A stretch of 64,000 bases of DNA, from the NCBI RefSeq assembly GCF_009914755.1, contig NC_060925.1, one strand, 5' to 3'. Position numbers and translations under genes: made by a program. Below the pieces are notes generated by a model that made no database searches, was not told the origin of the DNA, and saw nothing but the letters and a program-made list of their open reading frames with translations. Source of the stretch: the human T2T-CHM13v2.0 reference genome, Homo sapiens. The number at the start of each line of letters is the position of its first letter. The first letter of the stretch is position 1. Of this stretch, positions 1 to 15,569 are shown one piece after another.

Positions 1-17
1 TTTCACATAGTGACCAA

Positions 18-345
18 AGCACAGGCTTTGGGACCTAACAGATAGATCCAGTTTATCTACATTTGACCTCTCACCTGAGTCCCAGGATGACTCAGTCACT
101 GGGTGACTTCAGACAAGTTATTAAGCTTGCAAGTAGCATGGTGCACTGGCAAGAGCCCTAGCTCTGGGATTACATTAAGGCTAGAAGTTTGGCTGTACTA
201 TTTCCTAGTCATGTGACCTTGGGTAAGTTATTTAAGAGCCTCACGTTCAAGGAAGGGACATCATTTGAACAAGACCTTGAAGGTTGCACAAAATTTAAGC
301 ATGTGGAAATATAAAGGAAAGAAACACGTTATAACTAGTAGAGTT
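18..345 (+). mobile_element. MIR SINE fragments (two)
   Basis: MIR core-like 'ctgggtgacttcagacaagttatt' and 'catgtgaccttgggtaagttatttaa'; boundaries approximate. Confidence 0.6.
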
Positions 346-644
346 GTAAGATTATGAATGATTTCTTTAAACATTATTTTTCTATGTAGGGGGACAAAAA
401 TATGCATAAAAATAATAGCAAGTATTTATGAATTCTAGTGTTGGCAGAATAATTTACTTTTTTGAGGGAGATTTATTGTTTAGGAGAAATATTTAAATAG
501 AATTTTGGTTATGAGAGGGCATGGCCAGAAGTTAGCCTGAAAGGAAAGGTTGATGCAAAGGTGGGGGCGGGGGGTGTTGTGTATAATCAACTAAAAGGTG
601 CTGTACTCCTCGATACAGAGCAAGAAAGTGAGCCATGATGCTGC

Positions 645-1062
645 CCATGGCAGAGTGGCTAGTTGTTCTGCCACTCTGCAAATCTGCTTTCTTTTACTCT
701 GGGGCACAAATTACATGTCCCAGTCTTTCTTGCAATGAGGCATGGCCCTGTGTTTCAGTCAGTGAAACATGGGTGGGAATTTCATGTGCCACCTGCAGGC
801 ATGGCCCACAGAAAACCTTTTACATATAATTCCCTTTCTTTTCTTGTCTGCAGACTGGATATTGATACCCAGGCAAACTTGCCACCTTGTAGAAAGCGGC
901 AGAACCTCTGTGAGCCTGGGTCCCTGAGTCACTGTGTGGAGCAGAGCTCTGTGACTGGATTTTACAGACTGACTGGGCTTTCCAAAAGTAGAACTATTCT
1001 TTTAAGCCTTTGAGATTTCAAGATTTTGCCCTAGTAGCAGCTAGTATTATCTTAATTAATAT
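645..1062 (+). mobile_element. MaLR solo LTR, MLT1J-like
   Basis: Typical MLT1J motifs 'gagcctgggtccctgagtcactgtgtggagcagag' and 3' end 'gcagctagtattatcttaattaatata'. Confidence 0.7.
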
Positions 1063-2469
1063 AATACCAAATTTTGGGCTTCCTCAGGCAGGGCCCACAG
1101 GAGAAGATTACAGTCCTGAAACCTGGAGGAGAGAGGAGGTGAGAGGGAGTCCTCTAATGTAAGGTTAGCATGGACTGAGCAAAATGCCATCCTGCTGTGG
1201 CTGAAAATGGGAGTCTCTTGAGCAAAGTCTCTTGGTGTTTGGGATGAGCCCACCTGTTACCCACTGTTTTATTTTATATTTCTTCTATTATAGTGGCTTT
1301 GTAGTCTCCTTAGGACTTAAGTAGAGTTGGTTAAACACTCTGGTTTGGTGTTTCCTGTGCTTTGGGGAATTAGGGGCAGGCCAATATCTACATGTGGGAA
1401 GACCAGGGAAGATGCTATGGCAGCTTGGGGGAGCTTGGACAGGCAGAAATGAATGGCAGAGAAGCTTAGAGCAGAGATCTGGAAGGATAGGGGGCTACCA
1501 AGAGTATGTAAGCTGTCCTGGGAGTCTCAGAAATACCAGTAGTGATGTGGGTAGAGTTTGCTTTTGTTTCTGCAATTATGCAATTGAGGTTCCAATTGGG
1601 TTATGCCTCCTTAGATTCTAGAGGGGCTCTTTAAACTCCCCTTAGACTGGGGTTCTTGGGGATACTTTAGTTGCAGGTATTTTAAAAGATTTTTCAGTGA
1701 TGATTTTTTAATAAAGAGAAAAAAATACTAAAATGGAAAAGAAAAAATAAAAATTAAAGTTCTGAGCATATAGCATTGGGTCTAGCAGATAGTAAATAGT
1801 AGGTGCTCAATCAATGGTAGCCTTATCTGTTTTAAGGTTCACCATCAAATTGATTACAGCTTTTAGGAAGGAGGAATTCTTGGCACTATTTCACTTGTTA
1901 TTATTATCATTATTGTACATTGATTATCAGATGCATTCCAATTTTAGAAACATTTAAATGTTAAAAAAATGTGCCTCTGAGATTTAACAAAGTACCACAG
2001 GATGATGATCTGTTCCTGGATGCAATAAACACCAACCCTCGTGAGATGGAAAAGATTTTCCTGATGGTTGTTCTGAAGCAGTTAATGTAACAAAAGTCCA
2101 AGTGCTTGGATGAGACTGTTGTCTTTCCTCTTATACTGAGTAAACACCAGTGTATTTATAATCAGTTCCTGAGTTGTGATTTCTCAGCACAGCTTGCATG
2201 GGTTCCTGGAAGTGGTGTGACCCTGGTCCTGTTCACATGCTCTGGTTCCTTACTTCTTCTCAAGAGGCAGGATTTGGGCTGGCAGGGCAGATTATGATGC
2301 TCCCTGGAAAACAAGGGAGCCCAGAAAATGTCCAGTTCTGAATGTCACATAAAGTAAATAGGGTCATGAACAAACCGGCATGAATTCAGCTGAAATGGTG
2401 GGGGAAATGTTCCTAACCTTTAGCTTCCTAAACTTTGGCAGCATCTTTTGAGGACCTACTGTGTGCCAG

Positions 2470-3133
2470 TGTGGGGGCCCAGAAATTGATCCCCAAAAGT
2501 GAAATCCCTGGAAACAGCTTCAGATCAAAGTTTCTCTCTGACCTCCTCCTGCCCTCCTGCCTCTCATCTATCATTCTTCCCCGAGGCTAGACATAGAAAC
2601 TAGAATTCCTATTCTTCAAGGTGAATTATAGAAACCAGATCCCCTTTTCCCCAAAGCCAACCGTAAAACCTAAAAATATTACTCTAACTTTTCCCTGCTT
2701 TTCTGTGTAAGAACTGGCCGTGAAGAAATTCTCTGAGCGATCTTGTTTGATTGCAGGACATAAGACCCCTATTTCAGAAAGGGTCTTGCCCCGTACCGGG
2801 AAGGAAGGAAGGCTGCACAGAGAGGCCAAGAAGAATCTGAGCAGAAAGGCCTTGCTGAGTTTCCTTGCTCAGTCGATCTGTTTTTAGATCACACCCTTTT
2901 GTCCAATCACAGTTCTACACTTTTCTATTTATTCTTCACTGGACCTCAGCATGAACATAGGTAGTTTTTCCTGTACATTAGGGTCTCCATTCTGAAGGCT
3001 CCCACATCACATGAAATGATGATCAAATAAATTGGTTATGTTTTTATCTTGTGAACCTGTCTTTTGTTATAGGGAGATTGGCTGTGGCCCTTATAATGGG
3101 AAGAAAACGAATCACCCCCTTTCCAAACCTACC
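2470..3133 (+). mobile_element. ERV1 solo LTR, MER39/MER34-group, inserted into a MIR
   Basis: Begins TGTGGGGGCCCAGAAA, has AATAAA (~3027) and 'ctgtcttttgttataggg'. 4-bp TSD CCAG at 2466-2469 and 3134-3137. Removing the LTR rejoins the MIR ('cctactgtgtgccag|agtgctaggtacttacat'). Confidence 0.8.
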
Positions 3134-3330
3134 CCAGAGTGCTAGGTACTTACATTTGTTATATTGTTTAAGCTGTTTATAACAACTCAGTGGGATGGTA
3201 TCATAAGTGTCCCATGTCACACAGATAGAATATCAACATTCAGAAGGTTAAGTCACTTGTGCACAGGTGATGTAATATCATTGGATCCTGGTTGTCCTGA
3301 TTCCAGAGCCACTCTTCACTACTGCATCAT
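3134..3330 (-). mobile_element. MIR SINE (continuation of the fragment at ~2445-2469)
   Basis: 'cccatgtcacacagat...cagaaggttaagtcacttgtgcacagg' matches the reverse MIR core. Confidence 0.7.
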
Positions 3331-3799
3331 GAGAGGTGTCAAAAGTAATTGGAGATATTTAGCCTGGAAATGAAGAAGAAGAGGCTTAGAAGATATGTAA
3401 TTGCTGTCTTCAAACCCTGGGGGAAGCAGAGCGGTCAACTGAAAAGACTAGAGGCCAGAGACAGTGGGGGCACCCAGTAACAAAAGGCAGAGCCAGAATA
3501 ATAACCAAGGGCTGCTGGGGATTATTTCTGCATCCATAAAGAATAACTACTTCAGAGGGTTGGTAGGAGGATTAAGTAAGATAACATTTACAAACCATAA
3601 AGCTTGACACTTAATAAGTGCTCAATAAATGTTTAATTCCATCCCCCCACTCCTTCCTTCCTTTTCCCATAAGGGTTGATGTGTGGAAGAATTTTTTTAA
3701 TGTAGTCCCCAAAGAGGGGGATTTTATATAAATAAAGAAAAGATAAAAAATATGGTTTTCAGAGAAGCACATTTTGGTTCACTATCAGGGTGAATATTC

Positions 3800-3930
3800 T
3801 ATTTCACTCAACAAACACTTACTAGGCATCTACTTAATGTCAGGCCCAGGATTAGGAACTGGGGATACAGAAATAAGTAAGATGTGGCTCTTGCCCTCTG
3901 GGAGTTTCCAACCTGCAGTGGTAACTGATA
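3800..3930 (-). mobile_element. L2 LINE 3' end fragment
   Basis: 'ttcactcaacaaacacttact...ctggggatacagaaataagtaag' matches the reverse L2 tail. Confidence 0.65.
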
Positions 3931-4382
3931 AGACGCGAAAAGCCATTATGAACTTTGTAGACTGTTTTCCATTCTGTGAGAGGACCACAGTGGGGCAGAT
4001 GGTTTGGGGAAACAATTTCCTGGGTCCTGAAGGTGGCTATGCAGTTGCTGGATATCCAGTTGGCTGTCAAGGTGTCTAATAGGCAAGGATCACAAACTTC
4101 TGGAGCTCCTGCCACATGGGGCAGGCTTTTCTGCTTTGCCTGGATGGGCCCCAGAAGGCTTTTCAACAGGTTTTGTAATCAGCAGGGTGAACTGCCCTTG
4201 GAGAAAACTCTAGTGCCAATCTTGCTCTGGAATAAATCCTAGAGGTTGGATGCACTGATTGTTGGGGGAGACAGAAATGCGAACAGCGAGTGCGCTGGGT
4301 GTGGGCTGCTCTCCACCTAGGGCCTCAGAGAACTCGCCCCTCCCTCCATCCCTGTCTCTGGCCTCCCGTCCTCAAAAGCCTT

Positions 4383-4414
4383 CCCTCCCTCCCCTCCCTA
4401 CCCCTCCCTTCCCC
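4383..4414 (-). other. Potential G-quadruplex / polypurine tract
   Basis: Minus strand GGGGAAGGGAGGGGTAGGGAGGGGAGGGAGGG: seven G3-4 runs with 1-2 nt loops. Confidence 0.7.
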
Positions 4415-4769
4415 AACCGCACTCTGTCCCCCATCTCCCGCATGCTTTTCCTTCTTAGTATTTACCCCAATTCATGGATTTCCCATGTTACCCCAGTTGT
4501 TTTCTTCCATGATTAGAATGTCAGTTCCATGGGAAGGGGGTTTAATCTGTGGAATCCCAGGCACATTTGTAAAAATGGGGAAATCAAAACCCATTTCCCA
4601 GTGTTGTTGGAAGGATTAAATGAGGTAACATTTGGAAAACATATAGTTCCTGACATGTAGTAGATACTTAATAAATGTTCATTTATTTTCCTTTCCCTTT
4701 CCCTCAGAGACTATTCTGTACTTTGGACAGGTTTTTGATTAAATATTTGTGCAATGAATGAATAGGTGT

Positions 4770-5010
4770 GCTTCAGTCTCCTTATCCGTAAAATGGGCTA
4801 ACAATACTATCTAGCTTATGGTTATGGTAAAGATCAACTAAGATAAACAGTAGGAAGCTCTTAGCACAGGACACCATTCCTGGTCTTATGTGCATGTTAC
4901 ATGTGCTTACCTGTGCTTGCATGCATGTTACATGAGCTTACCTGTGCTTGCATGCATGTTACATGTGCTTACCCGTACTTACATGCATGGTAAGTACTCA
5001 GTAAAGGTGA
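4770..5010 (+). mobile_element. MIR SINE 3' half, interrupted by a minisatellite
   Basis: 'cttcagtctccttatccgtaaaatggg...aagctcttagcacagg' resumes as 'catggtaagtactcagtaaa'. Confidence 0.65.
4891..4990. repeat. 31-bp tandem repeat, ~3.2 copies
   Basis: Unit TGCATGTTACATGTGCTTACCTGTGCTTGCA starts at 4891, 4922 and 4953, with a partial copy at 4984. Confidence 0.95.
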
Positions 5011-7019
5011 GCAAAGGTGCCGATGATACTGCCGATGATATTGAGATAGGGAAGCTCTGGACACTGGGGCAGGAAGCTGTTAAACTGCTTGAAAGGAAAA
5101 AGGAAGTCAGAAAAATCTTGACTATGACCCACATCTTCCTCGTCCCCAGGGTCCAACACAAGGCTTAAAACACCACAGGTAAATGAATACAGAAATGTAT
5201 GAATGAATCTTATTCAGGAGCACAATGTAATTCACACACAGGGCTTCTGCCCTATCAGCTCCTGGGCAGATGCTGGGTTATAAAATTTTAATAGTTTCTA
5301 TAGCTGAGTGGGTACTGACTAGCTCCTAGAACCGGCTGTTCTACACTTTCCCCTTCTCCCCAGACAGAGTACTGCTGTCCACTCAGCTACAGATGCAGAA
5401 ATGTAAACAAAGAAGCTTAGCTGGCCTAAAGTAGGGATTGCTGGAACCAGGGAGATATACATGTCCTTGGCTGACATTTCGATCTGAGGCAGTGGTTAGG
5501 GCTCCAGGAACACACACCTGAGTCTCTGGTATTGAGCTGTCTGAAATTAAGAGAGGAGCAGTTGGAAAGAGCCATGGTCCACAAGACAGGAAAACAGATT
5601 ATCACAATACAGTCTGATAGGGTTGGAGACAATGTGAGAGCACGGGGTGGGAATGGCTTATCCTACTATCATTAGCACTGTGTCTGCAGGGTTGAGAAAT
5701 AAGGGCTTGTTCGTCCTTCCCTAAAGGGAGCTCTCAGCCTCAAACTTGAAGTTGGGTTCTGGGTCTGTAGGCTGTTTGGGAAGAGGCACTGCACTTCTGC
5801 TTTGTGGTTCCTGCAACATCTTCCATGGGATCATGCAGGCTCCGGATAGGCATCCTCTTCCCTTTCTAGGTGCATCCCTTGCTGCTCCCATTCTATGCCT
5901 CATATGTCAGCTAACCAGGCAGTTCCCTGTATCCCAGGCAAGAGTCCACCTACCCACCTCCTCCTCTTGTACTGCTTAATGGAAAGAACATGGGCTTTGG
6001 AAACAGAGACCCGTTTCTAAGCCCCTCCAGGATTCATCTCTAAAACTGGGGGTACGGGGGAGGGCTATCTATCAGGGGTGTTGTAAACATTAGCAATGCT
6101 GTGCCTAGATCACCTAAACTTAGCATTCAATAACTCTTAGTAATTATTATGGTTTTAAGTACAATATAAATTTTTATTTAAAACTAAATTCTTTAGTATC
6201 ATAAGCATAGCATTCGAGTTAAAAAACAAACTGCAATCTCAGTCTGCAAACAAGTCCAGAAAAGATTTATTTAAAAAGTCTGAAATTCAGCATTCCACCT
6301 CTGTAGTGGTTGGGCACCATATTTTGTACCAAGCACAGCTCATAAATATTCTATCACGGAGGTTGACACACAGGAATGCACCGCAAGATACAAATGCTGC
6401 AGTTTGTTCTTCTAGAAGTCTCTTTTAAATGCCTTGCCTGTTGTGCAGAGGGCTCAGGAGTGTCCTGGACTCACAGTCTCAAAGCTCCAGAGATGAACGT
6501 GTGGGTTTGTTTGGCTCTCTCCCCTTTCAGCCCTTGCAAATGGAGGCATGAACTAGAAGCAGCACTGTCTTTGTGCCCCCAAGAAAGCCCCACCCTGATT
6601 TTCACTAATCAATCACTGAGGCTGTTGATCTTTAGCACTGCTTTCTTTAATGTGTTTGTTATCTGTGAGGCTGGATGGGGCATTAGAATTTTCATCCTTC
6701 TGTTAGACGTCATATCTGCCCCGTTTATCCCATTATCATGGGATATTAATTACTTGAAAGATTGTGTTTCTTCTATTTCCTGGCCCACTGGGGTCTTTAG
6801 GGTTGGGGACACTGGGGAGCCCATGGATGCTAGCTGCTAGGCTGCTGTGGCTGTGCCGGCCATGGGACAGCATGGGGCAGCAAGTGTGGACAGTGATGCA
6901 GGGCCCTCCCTTTCTTTGTGCTGTACTGAAGCAATGGCTGTTGAGAATCTGCAGCTGGGAGGATTTCACTGACAGTTGCTGGGACAAACATTTATTGACC
7001 TCCTTCAGGAAGGTCAATT

Positions 7020-7605
7020 CCTGGCACAGGCTCCCCTTCTTCTACGCCTTTTACCCATGCTATCTCTTCAGCCTTGGAATATCCATCTCCTTTTCTGTGC
7101 TTATTAAAATCCTACTTATCGTTTAAAATCCAAGTCGGATGCTGTCACCTCCTTGTAGATGGAGGGTCCCTCCTTGTGCTCCTTTGGGCACCATATGCTT
7201 CTTGAGTGTGGAAGCACCCATATTGTATGCAGCTTCAAAATAAGGGTCTAGTCTGTGCCTGAGCTGTAGAGACTTCTTTGTCTGGAGTCTTCCCCTTCTA
7301 CCAAATCCCCTTCCACTGGGTTTTTTTTTAGTCTTTAGCTCTAAACTGAGCAATGATTTAATCCAGGAGGCCTTTCTTGATGCCAGACAAATGAGACCAC
7401 TCTCCTCTGTGCTACCTCATCAGAGCACTTCTCATCATTTTCACCAATTGTCTGTTCAATTGTCTTTCCTCCCTGCTGGAAAGTCAGCTATGGGGAAGAC
7501 AGAAAGCCTGCTTGTTTTGTTTACTGCTGTATTCTTAGTACCTAATCTCCCTCCAGGCCTGTAGTAAGTGCTCAGTAAATACTGAATGAATGAATGAATG
7601 AATGA
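7020..7605 (+). mobile_element. L2 LINE fragments ending in a (TGAA)n tail
   Basis: 'tagtaagtgctcagtaaatactgaatgaatgaatgaatgaatga' is the canonical L2 3' end. Confidence 0.7.
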
Positions 7606-8859
7606 GAGCATCTGGATTCAGGTCTCAGTGCTGCCCCTTATTATCTGTGTGACCTCAGAAAAGTCAATCTCCTAGATCCCTCCCAGCTCTGACATTCTGC
7701 TATTAATATTTTGCTACCTCTTTTACCCGGTATCTACAGCTCATGTCCTGGCCCACCCAGCATGAGTCATGCCTCAAGAACCTCAGGCACTCGCTCACTC
7801 CAAGGATTTTACATTCTTTGGAGAACCTTTCACTCTTCAAATATTGTCTTTCTGATGTGGTCCTTGGCAGCGTCATAGATCTCTCCAGCTCACGCAGGTC
7901 GGGTCCCTTGATGGGATCAGGCTAGGTCAGCGTAGATGCCTTATCTACTCACTCTGTTCCTGGAAGTCTGGGCTTTGTGCATTCCCATAAAGGGCCCCAG
8001 AAGAGGGTGGGATCTGAGCCCGTGATGGACCATGCTGTATGTTGGTGCAGCCCAAGGGGAGGGAAAGCTGTGACTCAGTGTTTGTAAAATGTTAGCTTGT
8101 GGAGTGAGTAAGACCAGACCAAGGCTGACTGTTTTGGGAAGTGGTGAGTTGGGTTAATTGAAATTGGAGCCCAAAAGCCAAGGTCAATTCCTGCCATGGT
8201 GGCTCTCACTTCCTAGCTGTGCCCTATTACCATGTAATTTAATCTCTCCAAACCCCAGTTTCTTTATCTGTGAAATGGCTACATTAACACCCAGCCTACT
8301 CACCCCCTAGCAAGATTTAGAAGTGCTGGAGGGCACATATTTTCATATGGGTGCATATTGAATACATACTATATGACACAAACTTCATATCTGTTATTTA
8401 ATCGAATTCTCAGAACAGCCCTGCATGGTTGACAGTTCAGATAAGATTCTGGCCTCAGCTCTGGGTTTCAATACAGCAATGTTTCCCCAGTTGTGTGTTG
8501 GATCACACCTTTCCGCTGGGCACGCTCTTTCCCACCCGAGGTTAGGAAATATAGGTTTTTGTGGTCAAACATGTTTGTTTAATCCTACATTGGGACCCAC
8601 TGGTGTACAGTAATTAGGATTTAAAGGGAAAAGATCTAGCCACCCCAGAACTCTCAGTCTTATGCTCAGCAGCCTGGAGTTGGGCTCCCCAGTGTTTCAG
8701 TTGTTAGGCAGGGCAGCCATCCCCTGCAGACAGGGCTCCGTCTGTGATGCCTGGGAAGGGGCATCACCAGTTGGGGTCTTTGACTCAACTTCAGTGTCAT
8801 GAAGGATTTCTGCATTTACATTTTGTTTTGAAATTGTGCGGGAGGCGGGTGGGATCTGG

Positions 8860-8870
8860 CAAGATGGCCG
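8860..8870 (+). promoter_or_regulatory. YY1 site of the L1 internal promoter
   Basis: CAAGATGGCCG at the L1 5' end, the known YY1 element position. Confidence 0.7.
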
Positions 8871-10193
8871 AATAAGAACAGTTCCGGTCTGCAGCTCCCA
8901 GTGAGAACAACATAGAAGGCAGGAAATGTCTGCATTTCCAAGTGAGGTACCCAGCTCATCTCACTGTGACTGGTTAGACAGTGGGTGCAGCCCATGGAGG
9001 GCGAGCCAAAGCAGGGTGGGGCATCGCCTCACATGGGAAGTGCAAGGGGTCAGGGAATTCCCTCCCCTAGCCAAGGGAAGCTGTGAGGGACTGTGCCATG
9101 AGAGATGGTGCTATCCGGCCCAGATACTACACTTTTCCCACAGTTTTTGCAACCCACAGACCAGGAGATTCCCTCGGGTGCCTACACCACCAGGGCCCTG
9201 GGTTTCAAGCACAAAACTGGGCAGCCAATTGGGCAGACACTGAGCTAGCCGCAGGAGATTTTTTTTTCATAGCCCAGTGGCACCTGGAATCCCAGCGAGA
9301 CAGAACCGTTCACTCCCTTGGAAAGGGGGCTGAAGCCAGGGAACCAAGCGGTCATGCTCAGGGGGTTCCACCCCCATGGAGCCCAGCAAGCTAAGATCCA
9401 CTGGCTTGAAATTCTCACTGCCAGCACGGCAGTCTGAAGTTGACCTGTGACACTAGAGCTTGGTGGGGGTAGAGGCGTCTGCCATCACTGAGGCTTGAGT
9501 AGTCAGTTTTCCCCTCACAGTGTAAACAAAGACACTGGGAAGTTTGGACTGGGTGGAGCCCACTGCAGTACTGCCAAACTGCTGTAGCCAGACTGCCTCT
9601 CTAGATTCCTCCTCTCTGGGCAGGGCATCTCTGAAAGAAAGGCAGCAGCCCTAGTCAGAGACTTATAGATAAAACTCCCATCTCCCTGGGACAGAGCACC
9701 TAGGGGAAGGGGTGGCTGTGGGCGCAGCCTTAGCAGGCTTCATCGTTCCTGCCTGTTGGCTCTGAAGAGAGCAGCAGATCTCCCAGCACAGTGCTTGAAC
9801 TCTGCTAAGGGACAGACTTCCCCCTCAAGTGGGTCCCTGACCCCTGTGCCTCCTGACTGGGAGACACCTCCCAGCAGGGATTGACAGACACCTCATACAG
9901 GAGAGCTCTGGCTGGCATCTGGTGGGTGCCCCTCTGGGACGAAGCTTCCAGAGGAAGGAGCAGGCAGCAATATTTGCTGTTCTGCAGCCTCCACTGGTGA
10001 TACCCAGGCAAACAGGGACTGGAGTAGACCTCCAGCAAACTCCAACAGACCTGCCGAAGAGGGGCCTGACTGTTAGAAGGAAAACTAACAAACAGAAAGC
10101 AATAACATCAACATCAACAAAAAGGACGCCCATGCAAAAATCTCATCCAAAGGTCATCAACATCAAAGATCAAAGGTAGGTAAATCCATGAAG

Positions 10194-11219
10194 ATGAGGG
10201 AAAACCAGTGCAAAAATGCTGAAAATTCCAAAAACCAGAACACCTCTTCTCCTGCAAAGGAGCACAACTCCTCACCAGCAAGGCAACAAAATTAGATGGA
10301 GAATGAGTTTGACAAATTGACAGAAGTAGGCTTCAGGATGTGGGTAATAATAAACTCCTCTGAGCTAAAGGAGCATGTTCTAACCCAATGCAAGGAAGCT
10401 AAGAACCTTAATAAAAGGTTATAGGAACTGCTAACTAGAATAACCAGTTTAGAGAAGAACATAAATGATGTGATGGGGCTGAGAAACACAGCACGAGAAC
10501 TTTGTGAAGCATACACAAGTATCAATAGCCGAATCAATCAAGTGGAAGATAGGATATCAGAGATTGAAGATCAACTTAATGAAATAAAGCATGAAGACAA
10601 TATTAGAGAAAAAAGAATGAAAAGGAATGAACAAATCCTCCAAGAAATATGGGACTATGTGAAAAGATCAAACCTACGATTGACTGGTGTACCTGAAAGT
10701 GATGGGGAGAATGGAACCAAGTTGGAAAACACACCTCAGGATATTATCCAGGAGAACTTCCCCAACCTAGCAAGACAGGTCAACATTCAAATTCAGGAAA
10801 TACAGAGAACACCACTAAGATACTCCTTGAGAAGAGTAACCTCAAGATACATAATCATCAGATTCACCAAGGCTGAAATGAAGGAAAAAATGTTAAGGGA
10901 AGCCAGAGAGTAAGGTCAGGTCACCCACAAAGGGAAGCCCATCAGACTAACAGCAAATCTCTCTGCAGAAGCCCTATAAGCCAGAAGACAGTGGGGGCCA
11001 ATATTCAACATTCTTGAAGGGAACAATTTTCAACCCAGAATTTCATATCCAGCCAATCTAAGCTTCATAAGTGAACGGGAAATAAAATCCCTCAGCATTT
11101 GCTTGTCTGTAAAGGATTATGTCACCACCAGGCCTGCCTTACAAGAGCTCCTGAAGGAAGCACTAAATATGGAAAGGAAAAACCGGTACCAGCCACTGCA
11201 AAAACATACCAAAATATAA
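10194..11219 (+). pseudogene. L1 ORF1p, disrupted
   Basis: ORF track 10470-10913 contains 'LQEIWDYVKRSNLRLTGVPE...IIQENFPNLARQ'; in-frame stops and a micro-inversion are present. Confidence 0.9.
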
Positions 11220-11279
11220 AGACCAACGAACCTATGAAGAAACTGCATCAACTAATGTGCAAAATAACCAGCTGGCATC

Positions 11280-15201
<3,922 letters not shown>

Positions 15202-15456
15202 ATAATGAGAACACATGGAAACAGGGAGGGGAACATCACACACTGGGGCCTGTCGGGGGGTAGGGGACTAGGGGAGGGATAGCATTAGGAGAAATACCTA
15301 ATGTAGATGATGGGTTAATGGGTGCGGCAAACCACTGTGGCACATGTATACCTATGTAACAAACCTGCATGTTCTGCACATGTATCCCAGAACTTAAAGT
15401 ATACAAAAAAAAAGAAGAAAAAAAGAAAAAAAAGAAATTGCTAAATCTGCCAATCT

Positions 15457-15536
15457 GGGGTCTTTGTCTCAACTTCAGTGTCATGAAGGATTTCTGTATT
15501 TACATTTCGTTTTGGAATTGTCAAGTCTGCCAATCT
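15457..15536. repeat. Second copy of an 80-bp tandem duplication (first copy = 8773-8836 plus 15441-15456, split by the L1)
   Basis: Direct ungapped alignment, 7 mismatches in 80 bp. Confidence 0.9.
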
Positions 15537-15569
15537 GATTGATAAGGTGCTTTATTTATATTATAAATA

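Noticed and set aside
6376-7126. ORFs of 154 and 120 aa as possible host genes
   Set aside because: No recognisable domain or supported exon structure; such lengths are expected by chance in six frames of 64 kb.
8773-8836. 64-bp target-site duplication of the full-length L1
   Set aside because: A conventional 7-bp TSD at an endonuclease-type site explains the junctions, and the longer match resolves into an 80-bp tandem duplication.
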